Program-made: the position numbers and the translations under genes
The notes under the pieces: model-generated
The model's input: the letters and a program-made list of their open reading frames with translations, nothing else
Database searches by the model: none
Told to the model about the DNA's origin: nothing
Shown here: piece by piece, positions 15,958 through 25,322 of the stretch
How the letters are laid out: the number at the start of each line of letters is the position of its first letter
Position numbering within the stretch: position 1 is the first letter of the stretch
NCBI GenBank assembly: GCA_964609555.1
Contig: CAZSTF010000001.1
Location: 6,119 to 70,118 of the forward strand
Reading direction: 5' to 3'
DNA: 64,000 bases
From: an uncultured Alcaligenaceae bacterium
GTDB lineage: Bacteria; Pseudomonadota; Gammaproteobacteria; Burkholderiales; Casimicrobiaceae

Positions 15958-17141
15958 AGCTCGATGACCTGCCCACCCCGTTCGTCGACGAACTGGTTGC
16001 GATCCGCCGGGACATCCACGCCAACCCGGAGCTGGGTTTCGACTGCGTGCGTACCGCTGCGCTCGTCGCGCAGAAGCTCGCCGACTACGGCGTGGACGAG
16101 GTGCACACCGGCATCGCGCAGACGGGCCTTGTGGGTGTGATCCGCGGCAGACGTCGGGGTGGCTCCGGTGGCTCGATCGGGCTCCGGGCCGACATGGACG
16201 CGCTGCCCATGCCCGAGCGCAACACCTTTCTGCATGCCTCCAAGCGCGAGAAGATCATGCACGCCTGTGGCCATGACGGGCACACGACCATGCTCCTGGG
16301 CGCGGCGCGCTACCTGGCCGAGACGCGCAATTTCGCGGGCACGGTGCATCTGATCTTCCAGCCGGCCGAGGAGGGGGGCGGAGGCGGCCGCGTGATGTGC
16401 GAGGAGGGGCTCTTTCGGCGGTTCGACTGCGAGCGCATCTTTGCCGTCCACAACCGGCCGGATCTCGAACTCGGCAAATGGGGCACCCGAGTCGGGCCGT
16501 TCATGGCGGCCGCCGACAGCTTCGAGATCGAAGTCACCGGCAAGGGCGGGCACGCCGCGCGGCCGCATCTACTGTGCGACCCGATGGTCGTGGCCGCGAA
16601 CATCGTGCTCGCGGCGCAGACGATCGTCTCGCGCAGCGTGAGCCCGCTCGAGTCCGCCGTCGTCGGCGTGAGCGCGATCGAGGGCGGCAACCTGCCGGCT
16701 TCGAACGTGGTGCCGGATCGCGTGGTCATGACTGGCACAGTGCGCACCTACGACCCGGCAACCCGGGATCTCATCGAGGCCCGCCTCGGCGAACTCGTCG
16801 CCGGCATCTGCGACGCGCATCGCGCGCGGGGACGCCTCACCTACCACCGCGGCTACCCGCCGGTCGTCAACACGCGCGCCGAGGTGGAGTTCGCGCACGA
16901 GATCGCAAGCGAAGTCTGGGGTGCCGAAAACGCCGACATGAACTACACGCCCTCAATGGGCGGCGAGGACTTCTCCTACATGCTGCTCGAGCGCCCGGGG
17001 TGTTACTCGGTGATCGGGCAGGGTGCGCCGGGCGAGCCGCTCGTGCCGCTTCATAACACGCGCTACGACTTCTGCGATGCGATCATCCCCAAGGGCGTGC
17101 GCTACTTCTCGCGTCTGGTCGAACGTGGCCTGCCGCTCTGA
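15954..17141 (+). CDS. M20 family amidohydrolase, paralog 2
   Basis: RRDIHANPELGF, LRADMDALPM, MHACGHDGHTTML, FQPAEE, MGGEDF and LHN..YDF. Confidence 0.9.
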   Translation: MKLDDLPTPFVDELVAIRRDIHANPELGFDCVRTAALVAQKLADYGVDEVHTGIAQTGLVGVIRGRRRGGSGGSIGLRADMDALPMPERNTFLHASKREKIMHACGHDGHTTMLLGAARYLAETRNFAGTVHLIFQPAEEGGGGGRVMCEEGLFRRFDCERIFAVHNRPDLELGKWGTRVGPFMAAADSFEIEVTGKGGHAARPHLLCDPMVVAANIVLAAQTIVSRSVSPLESAVVGVSAIEGGNLPASNVVPDRVVMTGTVRTYDPATRDLIEARLGELVAGICDAHRARGRLTYHRGYPPVVNTRAEVEFAHEIASEVWGAENADMNYTPSMGGEDFSYMLLERPGCYSVIGQGAPGEPLVPLHNTRYDFCDAIIPKGVRYFSRLVERGLPL

Positions 17142-17153
17142 TCGCAAGCCATC

Positions 17154-18068
17154 ATGACGCAAGCCCTCGCGCGCCTGTTCGACAGCGATCTCTGGTGGAG
17201 CTTCAAGCGCTCGCCGCTCACGGTCGCGGCAGCGATCGCGGCGTTCCTCTGCATCGCGGGTGCGGTGCTTGCGCCGTGGCTTGCACCGCACAACCCGTAC
17301 GATCTCGCTCAGATCTCGCTCATGAACTCGAATCTGCCGCCGGTGTTCCAGAAGGGCGGGTCGAGCGCGTTCCTGCTCGGCACCGATCAGCAGGGGCGCG
17401 ACATTCTCTCGACCATCATGTACGGCAGCCGCGTGTCGCTGCTCGTCGCGGTCTGCGCGACCGTCATGTCGATGCTGATCGGCGTCACGCTCGGACTCGT
17501 GGCGGGCTATGTCGGCGGACGCATCGAGAGCTTCATCATGCGCGTGGCCGACATCCAGCTCTCGTTTCCGGCGATCCTGATTGCGCTTCTCATCTCCGGT
17601 ATCGGCCGGACCGTGCTGCCGCGGGAGATGCAGGACCAACTCGCACTCTACGTGATCATCCTCTCGATCGGCCTCACCGGCTGGGTGCAGTACGCGCGCA
17701 CGGTGCGCGGTTCCACCCTGGTCGAGAAGAACAAGGAGTATGTGCAGGCGGCGCGCGTGATCGGCGTGCCTTCGTTCCGGATCATGCTCTTTCACGTGCT
17801 GCCCAACGCGCTCGGGCCGGTGCTCGTGATCGCCACGCTTGGTGTTGCGAGCGCCATCCTGACCGAGGCCACGCTGTCCTTTCTCGGGGTGGGCATGCCG
17901 CCGACCCAGCCGTCGCTCGGCACGCTCATCAACGAAGGGCAGAACTACCTGTTTTCAGGCGAGTGGTGGATCACGATCTTCCCCGGCATCGCGCTGATCG
18001 TGATGGTCATCTCCGTCAATCTCCTGGGGGACTGGTTGCGCGATGCATTGAATCCGAAACTGAGGTGA
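17154..18068 (+). CDS. Dipeptide/oligopeptide ABC transporter permease (DppC-like)
   Basis: LLGTDQQGRDILS, EYVQAARVIG, HVLPN, EATLSFLGVG and NLLGDWLRDALNP. Confidence 0.9.
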   Translation: MTQALARLFDSDLWWSFKRSPLTVAAAIAAFLCIAGAVLAPWLAPHNPYDLAQISLMNSNLPPVFQKGGSSAFLLGTDQQGRDILSTIMYGSRVSLLVAVCATVMSMLIGVTLGLVAGYVGGRIESFIMRVADIQLSFPAILIALLISGIGRTVLPREMQDQLALYVIILSIGLTGWVQYARTVRGSTLVEKNKEYVQAARVIGVPSFRIMLFHVLPNALGPVLVIATLGVASAILTEATLSFLGVGMPPTQPSLGTLINEGQNYLFSGEWWITIFPGIALIVMVISVNLLGDWLRDALNPKLR

Positions 18069-18072
18069 ACCC

Positions 18073-18516
18073 ATGTTTCGCAAACTGTGCTTTTTTGCCC
18101 TTCCCGTCGTTGCCTTGACCGCCGGCTGCGCCCATCAATGGGAATCCGTGCTTGACGGCAATCTCTACACCCGAACGCACATGAACCGCTTCCCGGTGGC
18201 CATCACGGCCGTCGACGGCGTCTACAGCCTGCAGAACCCGCGCTACGTCGACGCGGGCGTGCGTCGGCTCACGGTCGAGGCCCCCCCCGTGGGCGGCATG
18301 CGTGAACCGGTTCGCAAGGAGTTCGACTTCAAGGTCGAGCGCTGCGTGCGCTACTGGCTCGCCGCGCAGCGCGCCACCGCGCTCTCGCCCGACTTCGAAC
18401 TCGTGATCGATCACGCCGAGCTCGTTCCAGGCTGCCAGCCGCACGGGGCGACTGCGCCTGTGCAGGCCGTGATGCCGGCGCAGTTGGATAAGCCGATTCC
18501 GGTACCCAAACGTTGA
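18073..18516 (+). CDS. Hypothetical lipoprotein
   Basis: Lipobox LTAG-C after a hydrophobic stretch. Tightly packed between dppC and dppD, with host-like codon usage. Confidence 0.7.
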   Translation: MFRKLCFFALPVVALTAGCAHQWESVLDGNLYTRTHMNRFPVAITAVDGVYSLQNPRYVDAGVRRLTVEAPPVGGMREPVRKEFDFKVERCVRYWLAAQRATALSPDFELVIDHAELVPGCQPHGATAPVQAVMPAQLDKPIPVPKR

Positions 18517-18554
18517 GTTCAATGGTTGCTTCGCTTGCGCACTGACTGGCCCTC

Positions 18555-19523
18555 ATGACCGATTCCGCCCTCCTCGAAGTTCGCGACCTCCGTGTGGAAT
18601 TCCCCACGCGCCGCGGCGTGCTCACGGCGGTGGACGGGGTGAACTTCACCCTCACGCCGGGGGAGGTGCTGGGGGTCGTGGGGGAATCGGGCGCGGGCAA
18701 GTCGCTCACCGGGGCCGCGATCATCGGGCTGCTCGAACCCCCCGGGCGGATCGCGGGCGGACAAATCCTGCTTGAAGGCGAGCGCATCGACGATCTTCCG
18801 CCCGAGGCCATGCGCAAGGTGCGCGGCCGCAAGATCGGCGCCATCTTCCAGGATCCGCTCACCTCGCTCAACCCGCTCTACACGGTCGGGCGACAGCTCG
18901 TCGAGACGATCCAGACGCATCTCGACCTCTCGACCGAGACGGCGCGCAACCGGGCCGTGCAGCTGCTCGAAGAAGTGGGGATTCCGGCAGCACGCGAGCG
19001 GATCGACCATTACCCGCATCAGTTCTCGGGCGGCATGCGGCAGCGCGTGGTGATCGCGCTCGCGCTTGCCGCCGAGCCGCGGGTCATCATTGCCGACGAG
19101 CCGACGACGGCGCTCGACGTGTCGATCCAGGCGCAGATCATCACGCTCTTGAAGCGCCTCTGCCGCGACCACGGCACCGCGGTGATGCTCGTCACGCACG
19201 ACATGGGCGTGATCGCGGAAACCGCCGACCGGGTGGCCGTCATGTACGCCGGGCGGGTGGTCGAGATCGGCCCGGTGGCCGAGGTGATCCACTCGCCGAA
19301 GCACCCCTATACGATCGGGCTCATGGGCTCGATTCCCGAGTTCGATCACGAGCGTGAGCGCCTCGTGCAGATCGACGGCGCCATGCCGCGGCTTGATGCG
19401 ATTCCGCCGGGCTGCGCCTTCAATCCGCGCTGCACCCGGGCAGTCGCGCAGTGCCGTGAAGCACGGCCTGACCTCGTCGCGGTGGGCGCCAGCCAGGCGG
19501 CCTGCTGGCTCGTCAAGGAGTAA
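18555..19523 (+). CDS. Peptide ABC transporter ATP-binding protein (DppD-like)
   Basis: GESGAGKS, FQDP, YPHQFSGGMRQRV, DEPTTALDV and a Cys-rich C-terminal oligoHPY domain. Confidence 0.92.
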   Translation: MTDSALLEVRDLRVEFPTRRGVLTAVDGVNFTLTPGEVLGVVGESGAGKSLTGAAIIGLLEPPGRIAGGQILLEGERIDDLPPEAMRKVRGRKIGAIFQDPLTSLNPLYTVGRQLVETIQTHLDLSTETARNRAVQLLEEVGIPAARERIDHYPHQFSGGMRQRVVIALALAAEPRVIIADEPTTALDVSIQAQIITLLKRLCRDHGTAVMLVTHDMGVIAETADRVAVMYAGRVVEIGPVAEVIHSPKHPYTIGLMGSIPEFDHERERLVQIDGAMPRLDAIPPGCAFNPRCTRAVAQCREARPDLVAVGASQAACWLVKE

Positions 19524-19526
19524 GCC

Positions 19527-20528
19527 GTGTCCGCCTTCGTCAAGCTCGAGCGTGTCTCGAAAGCCTTCGATGTCTCGCCGCCGTGGCTCAACCGTGTGCT
19601 CGAGCGCAAACCCAAGGTCTTCCTGCATGCGGTGAGCGATGTGAGCTTCGAGATCCGTCGCGGTGAGACGCTCGCGCTCGTGGGCGAATCCGGCTGTGGC
19701 AAGTCCACGGTGGCGCGTCTGATCGTCGGACTCTACAAACCCACCTCCGGCCGCGTCACGCTCGATGGGCAGGACATGCGTTCGGCCGATGATGCAAGCG
19801 AGGCCGCGCGTGCGCTCCGGCGCCGTGTCCAGATGATCTTTCAGGACCCCTATGCGAGCCTGAACCCGCGCTGGCGCGTGGCCGACATCATCGCCGAGCC
19901 GATCCGCACGCACAGGCTCATCACCGACCGGGCTGCGATCGAGCGGCGCGTGGCGGAGCTGTTGGGCTACGTCAAGCTCACCGCGAAGGACGGCGAGAAG
20001 TACCCGCACCAGTTCTCGGGCGGGCAGCGGCAACGCATCTCGATCGCGCGCGCGCTCGCAAGCAACCCCGAGTTCCTGATCTGCGACGAGCCGACCTCGG
20101 CGCTCGACGTCTCGGTGCAGGCCCAGGTGCTCAACCTCATGCGTGACCTGCAGCGCGAGATGGGGCTCACCTATCTCTTCATTTCGCACAACCTGCAGGT
20201 CGTGCATCACGTGAGCGACCGGGTCGGGGTCATGTATCTCGGGCGGCTGGTCGAGATCGGCGACAAGCGGCAGGTGTTCGGCGCGCCCGAACATCCCTAT
20301 ACCCGCATGCTGCTCGATGCGATCCCCGATCTCAAGATGACCGGCAAGGCGCGCACGCCGGTCGCGGGCGAAGTTCCCAACCCGCTCAATCCGCCGCCGG
20401 GCTGCGCCTTCAACCCGCGCTGCCCGCGCGTATTCGAGTCCTGCACGCGCGAGCGGCCGTCACTCCTGCCGGCGAACGGGCGGGAGGTGGCTTGTCATGC
20501 GGTGACGCGGATTGCCCGCGCAGCGTGA
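19527..20528 (+). CDS. Peptide ABC transporter ATP-binding protein (DppF-like)
   Basis: GESGCGKS, FQDPYASLNPR, FSGGQRQRI, DEPTSALDV, HPYT and GCAFNPRC. Confidence 0.92.
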   Translation: MSAFVKLERVSKAFDVSPPWLNRVLERKPKVFLHAVSDVSFEIRRGETLALVGESGCGKSTVARLIVGLYKPTSGRVTLDGQDMRSADDASEAARALRRRVQMIFQDPYASLNPRWRVADIIAEPIRTHRLITDRAAIERRVAELLGYVKLTAKDGEKYPHQFSGGQRQRISIARALASNPEFLICDEPTSALDVSVQAQVLNLMRDLQREMGLTYLFISHNLQVVHHVSDRVGVMYLGRLVEIGDKRQVFGAPEHPYTRMLLDAIPDLKMTGKARTPVAGEVPNPLNPPPGCAFNPRCPRVFESCTRERPSLLPANGREVACHAVTRIARAA

Positions 20529-20558
20529 GCCACGAAATGCGCGCAGCCCATCTCGCGG

Positions 20559-20987
20559 TCAGTGCAGGATCACGTTGCCTGCAGCGGCCCCGGGCCCCGC
20601 ATTGAGCGGTGAGGCATGGTGAGTGAGCAGTCGCCAGCCCTGGGGTGCACGCATGTAGAGATTGGTCACGAACACCGGCCCGCGTGGGGTGGCCTCATCG
20701 CCGAGATAGATCCATTCGACCGCGTGCTGCACCACGACGCTCAGCGTGCGGACCCAGTGCTCGTCCTTGAGCTCGATGCGCATCCGGGGCGAGTTGCGAT
20801 AGATCGCCTCCCAGGCGGCGCGCACTGCGGCATAGCCGTAGAGGGGCAGCGCGGCGGGATGAACGCAGCAGATCTCTTCCTCTTCCGACCAGACCGCCAT
20901 CGTGGCCTCGATATCCGCCTGGGCGAGCGCATCGTAGAACGCGCGGCTGCAGTCCTCGGGGGTGGCAAAGAAGGCCATGGATTTCAT
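20559..20987 (-). CDS. SnoaL/NTF2-like (YybH-type) protein
   Basis: AFYDAL...D....MAVW....I.CVHP, TN.Y.....GWRL..HHAS. Start at 20987 or 20978. Confidence 0.8.
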   Translation of the reverse strand: MKSMAFFATPEDCSRAFYDALAQADIEATMAVWSEEEEICCVHPAALPLYGYAAVRAAWEAIYRNSPRMRIELKDEHWVRTLSVVVQHAVEWIYLGDEATPRGPVFVTNLYMRAPQGWRLLTHHASPLNAGPGAAAGNVILH

Positions 20988-21090
20988 GGGCTGCGATTGT
21001 AGGGACGCGAGTGCCCGTGGCGCGCGCCCGGGGCTGCGATTCCTAGAATGCCCGAATGACGAGAATGCCGCGAAAGCGTCCACGTCCAAG

Positions 21091-22461
21091 ATGAACCGCG
21101 ATGTCGCCGTTGATGCCGCGGCAGAGCACGGCGCGCCCGGCCCCTGGTGGCACGCGGTGCAGCCGCGGTCAGATCTCTGGGCACAGTGGCTCGTGGTCGC
21201 GCTCGCGGCGGCGGTACCCTTGGGCAGCGCCACGAGCAACATCATCTCTGGCGCGTTGCTTCTGGCATGGATTGCGGCGGGCGGCTTCGTCGAGCGCTGG
21301 CAACGCATCCGCGTGCATCCCTTCGCGTTGGCCTCGCTCGGGCTCTGGCTGCTGATCCTCGCGGGCGCGCTCTGGTCATCCTCGCCGTGGGATGAATCGT
21401 GGCGCAATATCGAGAAGTACGCACGGCTTCTGCTCGCGCCGATCGTGATCTCGCTCATCGTCGATGAGCGCTGGCGCCGCCGGGCGCTCTTCGCCTGGAT
21501 GGCGGCGATGGCGCTCACGCTCGCGCTCTCGTACCTGCATGCACTTTGGGCCTTTCCGCTCGCTCGGGCCACGCGCGACGGGGCGCTCGGGGATCACTAT
21601 GTCTTCAAGCACCACATCACGCAGAACGTGATGATGTCGGTCTTTGCGGTCGCAGCGCTCGCGGAGGCCATGCGCCGATGGATCGGACATCCCCACCTCG
21701 CTTGGTTTCGGGATCGTGTCGGCCTTGGGTGGCTCGCGCTTGCGCTCCTTGCCGCCTTCAATGTGCTGTTTCTCGTGCAGGGGCGCACGGGCTATGTGAC
21801 GCTCTTTGCCAACATGGCCGTCGTCGCGCTTGTTCTGCTCCGGCTCAAGCGGCTCGCGCTGCTTGCCCCTGTTCTGTTCATCGTGCTGGCCGTGTCCGCC
21901 GTGAGCTCGGACACGCTGCGCGAGCGCACGCTCGAGGCGGTGGCCGAAGCAAGCGCCGTGCGCGAGGGCGCCTCGCTCACCTCGATCGGTCGGCGAGCCG
22001 AATTCGTGCAGCGCTCGTGGGAGCTCATCCGCGAGCGGCCGCTGCTTGGCTGGGGCACGGGCGCTTACGCCGAACACTTCTGCCGCGTGGCCCGTTCACC
22101 GGAGTGGTGCTCGGTCGGGCACTACAACCCGCACAACCAGTTCGCCTTCATCGGCGTGCAGCTCGGGCTCGTGGGCCTTTTGGCGCTGCTGGTTTGGCTT
22201 GCGGCCGCGCTTGCGAGTGTCTGGCGGCTCGAGCCAACCGAGCGTGTCCTCGGGCTTTCGCTCGTGAACACCTTCGCGATCCATTCGCTGCTCGATTCAC
22301 CGCTTTACATCGCGACCGAATCGGTCTGGTATCCGCTGCACCTCGCCCTCGTGAGCGCACTCGCCTGGCGGTCGCAGCGCGCGCCGGATCAGGGTTCGGA
22401 AAGCAAAGCGGTGGCTTCTTCGAACACGCGTTCGACCGACGGCCACTCGGGCCACGACTGA
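21091..22461 (+). CDS. O-antigen ligase family protein (WaaL/Wzy_C)
   Basis: Many TM segments, GRTGY, S.G.R, RPLLGWGTG and HYNPHNQF. Confidence 0.85.
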   Translation: MNRDVAVDAAAEHGAPGPWWHAVQPRSDLWAQWLVVALAAAVPLGSATSNIISGALLLAWIAAGGFVERWQRIRVHPFALASLGLWLLILAGALWSSSPWDESWRNIEKYARLLLAPIVISLIVDERWRRRALFAWMAAMALTLALSYLHALWAFPLARATRDGALGDHYVFKHHITQNVMMSVFAVAALAEAMRRWIGHPHLAWFRDRVGLGWLALALLAAFNVLFLVQGRTGYVTLFANMAVVALVLLRLKRLALLAPVLFIVLAVSAVSSDTLRERTLEAVAEASAVREGASLTSIGRRAEFVQRSWELIRERPLLGWGTGAYAEHFCRVARSPEWCSVGHYNPHNQFAFIGVQLGLVGLLALLVWLAAALASVWRLEPTERVLGLSLVNTFAIHSLLDSPLYIATESVWYPLHLALVSALAWRSQRAPDQGSESKAVASSNTRSTDGHSGHD

Positions 22462-23354
22462 ACGATCTTCACCCGCGGGCCACGCGCGCCCCATTGCTCG
22501 ACCTTCGTGGGGCCAAGCACCGAGAGCAGGCGCCCGCCCGCGGCGGCGACCATGTGCCCCGGGCCCGTGTCATTCGCGATCGTGAGCGCAGCATCGCGCA
22601 TGAGGGCGGTGTAGGCACCGAGATCGAGACCGGTCACGAGCCGCGCCTGACCGTAGCGCGCCCGTGCTTCTTCCTCCTCGCCGGGTCCCGGGGCGATGAC
22701 CACGTCCCGACCCGTGGCGACGAGCGCGGGCAGCAGGCGCTCGAAGTGCGGCCAGCGCTTGTCGAGCTTCTCGAACGTGCCGCCGGCAAAGGGCACGAGC
22801 ACGATATAGCCCGCGCCGATGCCGAGTTCGGCGCGGCGGGCGTGGGCGACTTCCTCGGCACGCGCGGAAAGGCGCAGCCGGGCGGCCTCCGGAGGTGGAG
22901 TCGTGTCGCCCAGGAGGGCCGAGGTGAGCCGCCAGTAAGAGGCGAGCGCATGTTCCCCGTACACGATCGGCGCGCTCGCGGCGAGAAACGGGCGGCGACC
23001 CTCCGTGCGGAAACCGAACGGACGCAGGCCTGCGAGCCGCATCTCGAACGCGCTCGAAAACGAGGTGGCGAAGGTGAGCGCATCGATCGCGCCTGACGAC
23101 TGCTGGGGGCGCAACGACCGGAGCAGCGCGAGCCTTTCGTGGAACGTGCCGGGGTAGACGTGCGTGGGCCACGGATACGCCTCGAAGAGCGATCGCAGCC
23201 ACCCCTTGCCCACGAGCCGGAGTTCGAGGCCCCGAGCTGCGAGGCGCTCGAGCGCAGGGAGTGCGAGGACGACATCCCCGACGAAGTTGCGGACGCGCAC
23301 GACGAGTGCGGGAGCGAGCGGATGGCCCGCGGCAGGGGCTGGGGCTGGGATCAC
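22389..23354 (-). CDS. Glycosyltransferase family 9 (ADP-heptose:LPS heptosyltransferase II-like)
   Basis: VRVRNFVGDVVL, KRWP, ANDTGPGHM.AA and LGPT. GTG at 23354 chosen as likely start; the ORF track extends to 23525. Confidence 0.82.
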   Translation of the reverse strand: MIPAPAPAAGHPLAPALVVRVRNFVGDVVLALPALERLAARGLELRLVGKGWLRSLFEAYPWPTHVYPGTFHERLALLRSLRPQQSSGAIDALTFATSFSSAFEMRLAGLRPFGFRTEGRRPFLAASAPIVYGEHALASYWRLTSALLGDTTPPPEAARLRLSARAEEVAHARRAELGIGAGYIVLVPFAGGTFEKLDKRWPHFERLLPALVATGRDVVIAPGPGEEEEARARYGQARLVTGLDLGAYTALMRDAALTIANDTGPGHMVAAAGGRLLSVLGPTKVEQWGARGPRVKIVQSWPEWPSVERVFEEATALLSEP

Positions 23355-23535
23355 GAGATCGGGCGGAGGTAAAGGTCGCGTCGCGTTGCGAGGCGGGATG
23401 TTCGACGGAGGGCGCTTCGCACAACGTTGCAGCGGGCCATAATTATCGAGGCTCGCGAGCCCCGCCTTTGCAAGGCCCATGGGTGCGGACGGCCGACTCA
23501 GATCAGAACATCGATTACCGGACAAGCCAATCGCA

Positions 23536-24204
23536 ATGAACCTGCCCGCCGAAGTCTCAGGCGCGACCGTCTGCGCCTTCCACCGTGAATGCCTGGGCCT
23601 TGCCGGCTGGCCGCGCGTCGCCCCCGAACTGCCTGCCGACAGCGTCTGGCACTGGATCGCGGTGAATCATCGCAACAACAGCCTGCTCTGGGATGAGGAG
23701 GATCTCGCCCGTCGCACGCAGGCGGCGGACAGCGAGATCACGGCGAACAAGCGTGCCATCGACCGCTACAACCAGACTCGCAACGATGCGACCGAGCGGG
23801 TGGACGAGTTTCTGCTGCTGTCGCTCGGGCTGATCGATCCCGCGTCGATCGGCACCGACCAGCCACGCTCCACCGTGCCGCCCGGCGCGCGGCTCAACAG
23901 CGAGACCGCCGGCAGCATGATCGATCGGCTGTCGATCCTCTCGCTCAAGGTGCGGGCGATGGAGGCGCAAACCGTGCGTACCGACGTCGATCAGGCGCAC
24001 CGTGACGCCTCGAACGCTCGGCTCGCGCGCCTGCTGGAGCAGCGCGACGATCTCGCAGGCTGCCTCGATCAATTGTTTGCTGATTGCCGCGCAGGCCGGG
24101 CCTGGTTCAAGGTCTATCGCCAGTTCAAGATGTACAACGATCCGCGCTTCAACCCCGTGCTCGTCGCGGAGAGCCGCGCGCAGCAGGGCAGGCAGCAGCA
24201 ATAG
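23536..24204 (+). CDS. DUF4254 domain protein
   Basis: N..LWDEEDLAR, KRAID.YNQ.RND..E..D, NSETAGSMIDRLSIL.LK and FKVYRQFKMYNDP. Confidence 0.85.
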   Translation: MNLPAEVSGATVCAFHRECLGLAGWPRVAPELPADSVWHWIAVNHRNNSLLWDEEDLARRTQAADSEITANKRAIDRYNQTRNDATERVDEFLLLSLGLIDPASIGTDQPRSTVPPGARLNSETAGSMIDRLSILSLKVRAMEAQTVRTDVDQAHRDASNARLARLLEQRDDLAGCLDQLFADCRAGRAWFKVYRQFKMYNDPRFNPVLVAESRAQQGRQQQ

Positions 24205-24233
24205 TCGGCCCCATCGCACGTCGAGCGGGCGCC

Positions 24234-25202
24234 GTGAAGATTCTCGTTGTAAAGACTTCCTCAATGGGCGACGTCGTGCATACGTTGCCCGCAGTCACTG
24301 ATATTGCGGGAAACGTGCCGGACGCGCAGATCGACTGGTTGGTGGAAAACGCGTTCTCGGCCATCCCGCGACTGCACCCCGCGGTGCGCCGCGTTCTGCC
24401 GATCTCGTGGCGGCGCTGGCGCAAGTCGCTCCTGGCCTCGGCCACACGGGCCGAGATTGCGTCGGCACGCGCACGCATCCGCGAGGAGCGTTACGACCTG
24501 ATCATCGACTTCCAGGGGCTCGTGAAAAGCGCACTCTGGGCGTTCCAGGCGAACGGCCAGAAGTCGGGCTATGGTTTTGGCAGCGCGCGTGAATCGCTGG
24601 CACCGTTGTTCTATGCGCGGCGCGTGAGTGTCAGTCGCACGCTTCACGCCGTCGAGCGCTCGCGTCGTCTGGCCGCGCAACTCCTCGGCTATCGGCTCGA
24701 CGGTGCGCCGGAGTTCGGCATCCACGCACCCGATTTCGGCTGGCAGCCCAGCCATGATCGCTATGCCGTGCTGATCACGGGCGCCAGCCGTCCCGAGAAG
24801 TTGTGGCCCGAGAACCGCTGGCTGCAGGTGGCCCGCACGCTGCTCGACGCCGGGCTCGGGCTCGTCTGGCTCTGGGGGAGTCAAAGCGAGGCGTCTCGCG
24901 CCGTGCGTCTGGCGGCGCAGTCCGATGGCGACGTGCCTCCGTTTCTCAAGATTCATGACGCAGCCGCCGTGCTGGGCCGGGCCACGCTGTGTGTAGGGCT
25001 CGACACCGGCTTCTCGCATCTCGCGGCCGCGCTCGGTGTACCGACGGTGGGCATCTACTGCGACCACGAACCCGGTCTCGTGGGCATCACCGGCCCGGGC
25101 TATGTCGCAAGCCTCGGTGGCCGTGGCGCCACGCCTGAAGTGGCGGACGTCGTTGCGTCGGTGGGGGCGGCGCTGACGGCGGGGAAGCGAACGGCGCGCT
25201 GA
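24234..25202 (+). CDS. waaC: LPS heptosyltransferase I
   Basis: GTG at 24234. KILVVKTSSMGDVVHTLPA, WRRWRK, D.QGL.KSA, HAVER.R and GLDTG.SHLAAA. Confidence 0.9.
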   Translation: MKILVVKTSSMGDVVHTLPAVTDIAGNVPDAQIDWLVENAFSAIPRLHPAVRRVLPISWRRWRKSLLASATRAEIASARARIREERYDLIIDFQGLVKSALWAFQANGQKSGYGFGSARESLAPLFYARRVSVSRTLHAVERSRRLAAQLLGYRLDGAPEFGIHAPDFGWQPSHDRYAVLITGASRPEKLWPENRWLQVARTLLDAGLGLVWLWGSQSEASRAVRLAAQSDGDVPPFLKIHDAAAVLGRATLCVGLDTGFSHLAAALGVPTVGIYCDHEPGLVGITGPGYVASLGGRGATPEVADVVASVGAALTAGKRTAR

Positions 25203-25247
25203 GCCACGCCTCGGGTCGTTTGCGACAGATCAAGATTCGCGATTGTT

Positions 25248-25266
25248 AACAAGAACGATTCGCATT
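25248..25266. promoter_or_regulatory. Fur box overlapping the promoter of the Fe3+-binding protein gene
   Basis: AACAAGAACGATTCGCATT (reverse complement AATGCGAATCGTTCTTGTT) resembles AATGAGAATNATTCTCATT. Extended -10 TG-n-TATACT at 25274-25279. Confidence 0.7.
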
Positions 25267-25322
25267 TGATGTGTATACTAGCGACTGTCGTCCAGTTCAA
25301 TCACTTCAAGCAGGCGAATCCC

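Noticed and set aside
22389-22461. 73-bp convergent overlap between the O-antigen ligase and GT9 genes
   Set aside because: The ligase tail in the overlap looks non-conserved. Such overlaps are common in GC-rich genomes.
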